DNA of 64,000 bases from Treponemataceae bacterium (GTDB lineage Bacteria; Spirochaetota; Spirochaetia; Treponematales; Rectinemataceae): NCBI GenBank assembly GCA_963667725.2, contig CAXXHO010000005.1:672001-736000 (forward strand), written 5' to 3'. A program made the translations under genes and the position numbers. Of this stretch, positions 9,452-19,100 are shown one piece after another; position 1 is the first letter of the stretch, and every line of letters starts with the position of its first letter. The notes beneath the pieces were generated by a model, which saw only the letters and a list, made by a program, of their open reading frames with translations, was not told the DNA's origin and did no database searches.

Positions 9452-10120
9452 CTACATCGACACGGCATCCTTGTTGGATGAAGCTCCCTTGCTGAAAAGA
9501 GTGTCGGTACAGCCAAATAGGATATCGGCTAGATGAACCTTCGAGGCCCAAGCGCCGACACCGCGGTCCATCCCGCCAGCTAGATCCGCCTCGGCATTGT
9601 CGGGATCACCCTCGCCGCAGTCTTTTTCAAGACCGTTGAAGGTTTTAGCGGCCACGAACATGGCGCCGGGAAGAGCGAGAAGAGCTTCACGCCTAGCTTC
9701 CACGGGATTTTTCACGAAGGTTAGGCCGTGCCGCTCGCAGGAATAGTCGAAAAGAAAATCGAGCTCGGCGGGACCCTCGAGTACGAGGATGTCGAAGCCT
9801 TCTTTCGAAAGCCGAAGGACAAAGGCGTCGATCTTGTCGCGATAGAGGGAGGCGCTCCGCACCGCCCTCGTGAAGTAGGAGAGCGAACGGCGCAGCACCT
9901 CCTCCATGCCGTCGGAGGTGAGGATATAGCGCAGGCTGCGCCCCGAAAGGTGCATCAGCTTGACCCAGCCCCGCTCGATGAAACGCTTAAGGAGGGCGTT
10001 CGTCATTCCCAGGGACAGACCTGAGGCCCCGGCGAGGTCACGCTGCGAGGTGGTAGCGGAATCGTCCTGTTTTGAGTAGATGGTTTCAAGGAGTTGAAGC
10101 TCTGTATCGTTGGGGGTCAT
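9452..10120 (-). CDS. EPS-associated MarR-type winged-helix regulator
   Basis: SQRDLAGASGLSLGMTNALLKRFIERGWVK...YILTSDG. Confidence 0.8.
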   Translation of the reverse strand: MTPNDTELQLLETIYSKQDDSATTSQRDLAGASGLSLGMTNALLKRFIERGWVKLMHLSGRSLRYILTSDGMEEVLRRSLSYFTRAVRSASLYRDKIDAFVLRLSKEGFDILVLEGPAELDFLFDYSCERHGLTFVKNPVEARREALLALPGAMFVAAKTFNGLEKDCGEGDPDNAEADLAGGMDRGVGAWASKVHLADILFGCTDTLFSKGASSNKDAVSM

Positions 10121-11181
10121 GTTTCCTTAGGATGGAGAGAGATGGCGAAACGAAATAAAAGGCCTAGGATCATCAGGGATATTATTTCTACAGGGAAAGA
10201 CAGATATGCGGGAAGTCTGCTCGCGACGATAAATACTATTGCCAGACAGGCAGCCGCCGCGTAGAAGATGCCGAGTATATTGATCAGCCTATAACCGCTA
10301 TCGAAAAAGCGATGATGGATATGAAGCCTGTCGGGAGTGGCGATGCTCACACGCGCCGCAACCCTTCGAACAATGGCGCATAACGTATCGATCACAGGAA
10401 TGGCGAGGAGGACGAAGGCCGGAAGCAACCCTATCGTTTTCATGGTCGCGCCACCCGATTGGCCAATGAAAGGAATGACGGAAAGCGAAAAACCGAGAAA
10501 GAGACTCCCCGAATCGCCCATGAACATCTTGGCCCTGGGCGCCGGAAAATTGACGATAAGGAATCCCGCGATCGCTCCCGCGAGCATGATGCAGAGAAAG
10601 CTCGCGGCCGCGTCGCCGGCAAGATAATAGAATGCCGCATAGGCGATAGACGCGATAAAGGAAAGCCCGCCAGCGAGACCGTCCAATCCATCGATAAGAT
10701 TGATCGCGTTGGTCACTCCCACGATCCACAGGAAGCTGATGATAGCGGACAACCACCCAAGACTGCCCGCAAGCGCGTCGGGAGCATAGCTGAAGCCCTG
10801 GAAGCGATACCCTCCACCCGCCACCACGACGAGAGCGGCGCTCATCTGAAATAGAAGCTTGGTTCTCGCCTTCACGCCTTTCACATCATCGATGAGCCCG
10901 ATAGCGTGAACAAGCGCCGCGCCGATTATGAAGGGCGCGAGCCTGGCGAATCGCCCGGAAAACTTACGGTAAAGTTCCGCCTCGGCGATCAAGGGATAGG
11001 CTATCGCCGCGACGAAGAAAGCCCAGAACATGCCCACGCCGCCAAGACGCGGTACTTGGCCGGAGTGGATCTTTCGTTTCCCCAGGCTGTCATAAAGCTC
11101 GTTTTTAGCGGCAAATTCCAGGATAAAGGGCATCGCGCTCGCGGAGAGAGCCGTTGAAAGGATTATGGTCGTCCATTGCAT
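10117..11181 (-). CDS. wecA: Undecaprenyl-phosphate GlcNAc-1-phosphate transferase (WecA/TagO, MraY family)
   Basis: PRLGG, GLIDD, NAINLIDGLDGLA, FMGDSGS and DRLHIHH motifs. Confidence 0.88.
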   Translation of the reverse strand: MQWTTIILSTALSASAMPFILEFAAKNELYDSLGKRKIHSGQVPRLGGVGMFWAFFVAAIAYPLIAEAELYRKFSGRFARLAPFIIGAALVHAIGLIDDVKGVKARTKLLFQMSAALVVVAGGGYRFQGFSYAPDALAGSLGWLSAIISFLWIVGVTNAINLIDGLDGLAGGLSFIASIAYAAFYYLAGDAAASFLCIMLAGAIAGFLIVNFPAPRAKMFMGDSGSLFLGFSLSVIPFIGQSGGATMKTIGLLPAFVLLAIPVIDTLCAIVRRVAARVSIATPDRLHIHHRFFDSGYRLINILGIFYAAAACLAIVFIVASRLPAYLSFPVEIISLMILGLLFRFAISLHPKET

Positions 11182-11202
11182 AGCTTCCCTTCTTTTTTTA
11201 GC

Positions 11203-11748
11203 TCAACCAACCTGAGCGTCGGGAAGAAGGCAACGGAAGAAAGAATTGGGAATCCTAAAGCTTTTCGTGGTGCCGCGGCGAGAGTACAACGTTAATGTCA
11301 CGGTATCGCCTTCGGCAAGGCAAGCGGCATGTTTCCCCAGATCGTCGAGCCCCAGAAGGAAGGTCACGGTAGCCTCGGAGTTGCCGTCTTCCAGATTCCT
11401 GATTTTCGTCATGCCAATCATGCTGAGGCTGCAATTGGAGGGAAAAAGCCATTTCAGTTCACCAGAAAGCGTAAAATCGCCGTCGCTGACGATGGTCACC
11501 ATCAATGCCTTGAGATTGTAGGATTCGGATAGGCTGGCACACAGCATCACCTTGGAAATGTCGTTGGTCGATACCGCGAAATCATCCCTTACGGAGAGAA
11601 GGGGGGGATCCCTGTCAAGCTTTTCGAAGAAGATGGTATGGAGAGTCGTGTCCACCAGAACTTCCGCAACGGTAACCTTCTGGGCGAAACAGTGAAATCC
11701 AAGGCAAAAGAACAAGGCAAAAACGCAGAATGCGACATTTTTTCTCAT
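11203..11748 (-). CDS. Hypothetical exported protein
   Basis: 181-aa ORF with signal-peptide-like N-terminus, co-oriented with neighbours. Confidence 0.55.
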   Translation of the reverse strand: MRKNVAFCVFALFFCLGFHCFAQKVTVAEVLVDTTLHTIFFEKLDRDPPLLSVRDDFAVSTNDISKVMLCASLSESYNLKALMVTIVSDGDFTLSGELKWLFPSNCSLSMIGMTKIRNLEDGNSEATVTFLLGLDDLGKHAACLAEGDTVTLTLYSRRGTTKSFRIPNSFFRCLLPDAQVG

Positions 11749-11883
11749 ATGTTTTTAAGAATAAAGATCTTCAAACTTTTTGTTCTGTTTCACCGTCTAG
11801 ACTATTTTTATATGTGAATAATCTTATCCCTTTCCTCCTGTGGAAATAAATTTAAATCCAGTTTCAATACGCCGTCAAGCTAA

Positions 11884-13119
11884 TTATTTCTTGTTCATTA
11901 TTTTTCGCCGCTTATTCTCCCCCGAGAACTTTGCCCTGACTTCGGGGTCGGAAACGAGCTTGCCGAAGGCATCGAGCACAAAGGCAAGAAGAACGGAGAG
12001 GAATCCACCGGCCATCGTGCCGACAACACAAATCATGGACCGCGAGGGTTCGCTTTTCTTTTCGGGCGGGATAGCCCTGTCGATCACCTCGACGAAAACT
12101 TTTTCGGTGGCATCCTGCAACTTCATGCTCTCAAGGCTAGAAAGAAGGGTACCATAGACTTTCGTGGCAAGCTCCAGCTCGGCCGTGAGATTCGCGTACT
12201 CCATGAGGGCGGCCGGCGTTTCGCTCATCGAAGGCCCCACCCCGCCGCCGGTTTTCTCAAAATCAGCCATCTGCTTCTTGACCGCATCGAGCTGAGTCTT
12301 GGCTGAAACGACCTTGGGATTGTCCGACGAGAGCGCGCTCTCGAGACGGGATATCTCAATTTCCAAGGTAATCTTTTGCTGTATCAACGCTTGATAGAGC
12401 TGCAACCCCCCAGCGCTCTGAACCTGAGGTTGGACGAACTTGTTTTTCTTTTGGTAAGCAGTCAGCTTGTTCTGGGCCGCGCGGACTTTCTGCTCCTGCT
12501 CGGTAGCCTGTTGTTCGAGAAGTATGATGTTTTTCCCGCTCGAAGACAGCACCCTGTCCGCGAGATCCTTTTGGATCATATCCAAGGCGCCATTCGCGAT
12601 AGTGCTGGAGAGCGTGGCGCTCTTGGTCTTGGCAACGATCTTCATCACGCTGGTTTTCGCGTCAGTAGATACCGACAGGACATCTTTCCGTAAAGCTTCA
12701 ACCGCGGCTCCCATAGGCGTGCCTTTTTTAATTTTTTCCGGATGCTCGATGAGGACAGGGATAAGGTTGAGCTCAGCTACAAGATTTTCCGCGAAACTGC
12801 GGCTCTTGAGAATAGCCTCGATCTTTATTGCAGGATCGCTGGAACTCCCTCCGGGCAGGCTCACCCCCGCCATCGCGGCGAGGCCCGCGTATTGAGAGAG
12901 CAGGGATGAAGAAGACCCGGATATCGGCAGCACCGTGGCGGAGGCTGTAAACATATTGGGCTGCAGGAGGGCGTAGACCACCGACAGGACAGCCGCAGCC
13001 GCCGTGACGGCCACTATGAGCATCTTGCGCCGCCACAGGGTGGCGGCGAGATCCACGAGACTGATCTCTTCGTCGCCACCGGAAGCCGGCGTTTTATTTT
13101 CCATTTCGTTGTCGGACAT
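11884..13119 (-). CDS. Polysaccharide co-polymerase / chain-length determinant (Wzz/GumC-like)
   Basis: EEISLVDLAATLWRRK N-terminus, coiled coil, VIDRAIPPEKKSEP followed by C-terminal TM helix. Confidence 0.85.
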   Translation of the reverse strand: MSDNEMENKTPASGGDEEISLVDLAATLWRRKMLIVAVTAAAAVLSVVYALLQPNMFTASATVLPISGSSSSLLSQYAGLAAMAGVSLPGGSSSDPAIKIEAILKSRSFAENLVAELNLIPVLIEHPEKIKKGTPMGAAVEALRKDVLSVSTDAKTSVMKIVAKTKSATLSSTIANGALDMIQKDLADRVLSSSGKNIILLEQQATEQEQKVRAAQNKLTAYQKKNKFVQPQVQSAGGLQLYQALIQQKITLEIEISRLESALSSDNPKVVSAKTQLDAVKKQMADFEKTGGGVGPSMSETPAALMEYANLTAELELATKVYGTLLSSLESMKLQDATEKVFVEVIDRAIPPEKKSEPSRSMICVVGTMAGGFLSVLLAFVLDAFGKLVSDPEVRAKFSGENKRRKIMNKK

Positions 13120-13132
13120 AGAAGCTCCTCGC

Positions 13133-16100
13133 TCAGAGACCCAGGAGGGAAACAGTGCTCATGACGGTGTACATGATCTTATACCCCGAGTCGATAATAT
13201 CCTTGAAGTAGCCCCAGCCTACGTTGATCTTGGAGGACTTCGCCACGACGACGACCGTATCGCCCGGGTAGAGCTCAAATTTGAGAATGCTCGGCCTGAA
13301 GAAGAGGAAGCCCTTGCCCTCGGTGCTGTCCAGCTTGCCCGACGCGCGCATTATATAGGTTTTCTGGAGGTCGGCGTTGTTCGAAACCCAACCGGATTCG
13401 GCGATGGCTTGGCGAACCGTTAGCCCATCCCTAAAGGCCACGACATTCTGGTCCGAGACTTCGCCCGACACAAGAACATAGGTGGGAGTAGTCGGCACGA
13501 AGATGAGATCGTCGCGCTCCAGAACGACATTGGAAGACGAGCGGGCAAGCTCTTCGACTGTGTGGGGAATATCAATGGAAATCCTACCGAAACCGTCCTT
13601 GTACATTTGTTTGAGGCTGCCCAATCTGGCCCGCTGCACGGCGAGATCGATCTGAAGGTTAGCCACGACGGCGGCGGCGGAGCTAAGAGCGGTATCGGTA
13701 GAATTAGGCAGGGCGTTCCCCGCCCCCGTGACGGCTTCCAATTGGGAAATGATACGGTCAACCTGCTTCTTCTGGTTTTCGGCAGCCGTTCTGCGGATGA
13801 GGATAATGCCCTTGGGGTAAGCTCGGGAGTCATAACCGCCGGCGGCCTGAAGAGCGTCGGCAAGCCTCATACCGTCCTTGAACTCGATGGACTGAGGCGC
13901 CTGAACCGCTCCCCGTACCGTCACTATCGGCAGATTTTCCTCAGGAAGAAGCCGCTTGAAGGAAATGGCATCCCCGGGCTGAAGCACCAGCTTGCTGGCC
14001 GACTGCCGCTTGAGATATTCCTCAAGATAGATATTCAGGGTTTCTCCGTTCGTCCTGGTGACAACTGCCTTGAGGGAATCAAGATCTATCTTCAGCTTCA
14101 CCGAGCGGAGCACTTGGGAAAATTCCATGTTGTCATAGTAGGGAATGACCTTAGGCTCCTGGACCTCACCGGAAGCAGTCACGGGAAGCTTACTGTACTT
14201 GGGATAGAAGATTACGTTGTCGCGTGGTTGGAGCTCTACATCGGTCCTGCCCTGGACAATACTGGAAGGGGAGAAGCTCAGAATTGTCTCGGAATCCATG
14301 CCGCGACGCCGGACTTCGGCGTAAGATGTGTCGGTTTCGATGAGAATATCATCCTCGGCGAGGATATGAGAAAGCTGCAAGCCTTCGTACCAGGCATAAC
14401 GACCGGGATATCGCGTGGTACCCTTAATGAGTACGGTGTCGGGATTACGGGAAAAATCGTAGGTCTGGGTTTTTTCATCGGCCGGAATGAGCCTGATGAT
14501 ATCCCGGGGGAATATTCTTTCATCCTGCAAGCCCACCAGGACGGCGTAAGGACTGAAGGTCTTGTATTCAATCCTCCCCCCCATGATCCAGCGTTCGATT
14601 TCCGCGAAATAAAGGTAGGTAGCGCTGACGATCTGTTCCGGCGTGATGATCTCCGAAAGAAGCTTAGGCGCATCGGTAGAATAGAGACCGGTGCGCCGGG
14701 CGGAGCCTACCACGGCGTATGCATTGCCGAAGTGATCAAAGTCGGGTTTTTCGGGAAGATAGCCGACATTGACGAAGCGAATGTAATCCTGGGCTCTGAG
14801 ATCCATATCCATTTTGCCGGCAAGCACTTCGCGCGGCGAGAAGCTTTTGAATTCCCAGCCTCCATCGGGTTTTCTCCGGGTGAGCTCAGCATAATCGAGA
14901 TTAGTTTCCTGGAGTATCTGCTCCGAGGTGACCACAGAGGAGAGTTTGAGCGTAGGAGTACGGGCGTAGGGGCCGACATAACGAATAACCCCAGAAACAT
15001 TGACGATTTCAAGGAAGAACCCAACATCGGGGGATATATCGGATGAGTTCGGCGCGGAAAGCGCCCCCACCGCGGATGGAGCCGCAGGCGATGATGCAGG
15101 TGGCGCACCCTCGACCGATATCGCCGTTATCTGCCCATTCTGCGTTCCATTATTTATGGGACCCAAGGTCTGGTTTTGAACGGGCGGAGAGAGAGTCGAA
15201 TAGTATTGGATCATATCCTTAGGCTGCAATTCGATATCAAAGATGCCGGAACCTACTTCCCTGGGAGCAAAGGTGACGGTCTGTTTTTTGCCGCCCCTGA
15301 GAGGTCTGACGATTTCGGCATAGACCTGATTCATGATGAGAAGGGGCTTAACCATAGTTTGAATGGCCGAAAGCTTCATACCCCGCTTCCAGGCAAAGAT
15401 GCCGGAGAACTGAGTAGGTCCCGTAATGAGGACAGCTTCAGGGTAACGATCGAAGTCGGGTGTTTCGGGCCTGTAATTAACCTTCACAAGCTTTATCTGA
15501 TCGCGAGGACCTACTTCGAAGTCCCATGCACCGCTCAGCACCTCTCCGGGTCTGAAGGTCAAATACTCGTTTTTCCCATCGGCCCTTAGCCGCAGGATTT
15601 CGGCATAGTTCAGGTTCGTATCCAGCAGCATCTGATCTTTTGTTATGAGCGTCGAAAGTTTCATGCTCGGCCGCAGCGCAAACAGCTCAGGCTTTGTCAC
15701 CTGGCCGGTGAGCTGAACTACATCGGCAAATTTCTCGACATTCGCGGCGGCAAGAGTCCCACCGAACGTAGTCTTCTTTACGAGTCTGATGGAATCCCTG
15801 GCGCGAAGCGCTAGGTCGAATTTTCCCTCCAGCACTTCACGCGGGGCGAAAGTAGCGTATTCGCTGCTTCCATCGGCCTTGAGCCTTGTCAACTCGGCGT
15901 AATCGAGATTGGTCTCCTCGAGCATCTGATCGGCAGTAATCACCGACGAGAGCTTGAGCGTGGGCGTCCGAGCCCAGGGGCCTGAGTAGCGAACCGCCCC
16001 AGAGACCGTCACCACTTCGAGGAAGCGGCCCAGATCCGAGGGAGAAACGGAGGATGCTTCCGCGGGCGCGATAACAGTGGAGGCGGGCGCAGGGGGAGAT

Positions 16101-19100
16101 CCAGGTGATTGGACAGGAACAGCAGGACTTGCAGGACCTACAGGAGTCGTCTCAGTAGAGACGGCCTCAGTAGAGGCGGCCTCGGCGGGAGCGGCGGTCG
16201 GTAACGTTAAAATGGCAGGGTCTGGCCCCATGGTTTCGGCGCCTAGTTTAGTAGCCGACACCGGCGCCGTCGTATAAAGGCGCACTGAATCACGGGCCAT
16301 TAGTGTAAGATCAAAAATGCCGCCAGCCACTTCCTTCGGGGAGAAGGTGAGGTATTCGAATTTGTCGCCACCTAGAGGGCGAACAATTTCCGCATAGACT
16401 TGGTTGATCACGAGCGAGGGCTTGGACTTCGCGAGCAGCGAGGAAAGCTTCATGTCCTCGCGCCAGGCGTAGAGGCCACCGAACTGAACAGGGCCCGTCA
16501 CCTGGACAGCAGCGAAGAAGCGATCGAAATCGGGTTTCGCGGGACCGTAACCCACTTTTAGGAGCTTCACCATGTCACGGGCGCTCAGGTCGAAATCCCA
16601 GGATCCGTCCAGTACTTCAGAAGGCCTGAAGGTCACGTACTCGTTCTTTCCATCGGCCTTGAGCCGCGTAATCTCGGCGTAGTTGAGGTTCGTGTCCAGC
16701 AGCACCTGATCCTTCGTCAGGATCTTCGAAAGCTTCATGCCAGGGAGAAGGGCGAAGAGCTCGGGACGAGCAGCCTGACCGGTGAGTTGCACAACGTCAG
16801 CGAACTTCTCAATATCCACTGCACCAAGAGTTCCACCGAATATAGTTTTCTTGACAAGCCGGATCGAATCCTTAGCCTGAAGGGCAAGATCATACTTCCC
16901 TTCAAGGACTTCGCGCGGGGCGAAGGTTTGGTATTCGGAAGAACCATCGGCCTTAAGCCGGGTGAGTTCAGCGTAATCGAGGTTGGTCTCTTCGAGCATC
17001 TGATCGGCGGTGATCACCGACGAGAGCTTCAAGGAAGGAGTCCTGGCATAAGGGCCGATATAGCGAATAGTGCCAGATATCGTTACCACTTCAAGGAAAC
17101 GTCCAAGATCGGAAGGAGAAGCTTCGCTGATCACCTCAGCTACCGAAACCGGCGCCGTTGAACCAGCGACAGGAGTAGCTGGCGTCGTTGTTTCAGTCGG
17201 CAATTCAGCAGCCAGTTTAGCAGTCGCCGCTGGCGCCGTCGTATAAAGCTTCACCACGTCGCGAGCCTGAAGCTCAAGATCGAAGGAGGCATCAGCTACT
17301 TCGCGCGGCGCAAAGGTCAGGTATTCGTATCGTCCACCACCCTTGGGTCTCACTACTTCAGCATAATATTTATTGGTCTCCTGAGCGGGCTGAGCCAGCG
17401 AAAGAAGAGCCGAGAGCTTCATGCCGCTTTTCCAGGCGTAGAGGCCGCCGAACTGGACGGGACCTATCACCTGAACAGCGGAGGAGAAACGATCGAAGTC
17501 GGGCTTTGCGGGAGCGTAACCGACTTTGAGGAGTTTCACCACATCGCGAGAGCCCAAGTCGAAATCCCAGGAACCGTCCAAAACTTCGGAAGGCCTGAAG
17601 GTCAGGTACTCGTTCTTCCCGTCGGCCTTGAGGCGCGTTATCTCGGCGTAGTTGAGGTTCGTATCCAGCAGCACCCGATCCTTTGTCAGGATCTTCGAAA
17701 GCTTCATGCCAGGGAGGAGGGCAAATAGCTCGGGACGAGCAGCCTGACCGGTGAGCTGCACCAGGTCGGCAAACTTCTCAATATTCGCGGGGGCAAGAGC
17801 TCCACCAAACGCAGTTTTCTTAACGAGACGAATCGAGTCCTTGGCTTGTAGCGCGAGGTCAAATTTCTTCGCAAGCACATCCTTAGGAGCAAAGGTCTGA
17901 TATTCGTAGCTACCATCATCCTTTAGCCTCGTAAGTTCAGCGTAATCAAGGTTGGTTTCTTCAAGCATCTGATCGACGGTGATCACCGAGGAGAGCTTCA
18001 AGGTAGGCGTACGAGCCCAGGGGCCTGTATAGCGAACCGCCCCGGAGACCGTCACCACTTCGAGAAACATGCCCAGGTCGGCGGTAGATTCGGCGGAGAG
18101 TTCTGAAGGCATTCCAGTAGAAACCGCAGCGGCAATAGAAGGCGCTGTCGTTTCCCCAACCGCAGCGGGAGCGGGAACAGGCGCAGCAGTGGTCGCCGCC
18201 ACAGGTTCGGCAGCCGCAGGTACCGCAGGCGCCGGCACAGCCGCGGGGACTTCTACGCCCTGTTTGAGGGGAGTGGCGGGAACCGTCGTATAGAAGCGGA
18301 CAGAATCCCTCGCCTTCAGGGAGAGATCGAAGATGCCAGCGGCCACTTCCTTCGGGGAGAAGGTCAGGTACTCGAATTTGTCGCCACCCAAAGGGCGCAC
18401 AATCTCGGCATAGACTTGGTTGATCACAAGCGAGGGCTTGGCCTTCGCGAGTAGCGAGGAAAGCTTCATATTCTCGCGCCAGGCGTAGAGGCCGCCGAAC
18501 TGGACTGGCCCCGTCACCTGAACGGCGGCGGAGAATCGATCGAAGTCGGGCTTCGCGGGAGCGTAACCTACTTTAAGGAGCTTCACCACATCTCGGGAGC
18601 CCAGTTCGAAATCCCAGGAACCGTCCAGCACCTCGGAAGGCCTGAAGGTCACATACTCGTTCTTCCCGTCGGCCTTGAGGCGTGTTATCTCGGCGTAGTT
18701 GAGGTTTGTGTCTAGAAGCGCTTGATCCTTCGTCAGGATCTTTGAGAGCTTCAGCCCCGATCCCAGGGCATAGATTTCCGGTCTCGAAACCTGGCCGGTG
18801 AGACTGACCGCGTCGGGGAACTTGTCGAAATCATGGGTGGTCGCGTCGGCGCCACGTTTCACGAAGCGCACTTTATCGAGCCTCGCGAGTGTAGAGTCCT
18901 TCGCCCCGGAGAGAATTTCCCGAGGCGAGAAGGTGAAGTATTCCTCGGCCCCGGAGGCGGTCTTTCGGATTATCTCGCCATAGAAAGGGTTGGCGTCGAG
19001 GGTGAGTGCGTTATTAGAAAGGAGGCCTGAGAGCGTCGAGCCTTCCTTATAGAGATAGAACCCGGGATATTTTACCGGTCCCGATACCACGAGGGTGTCG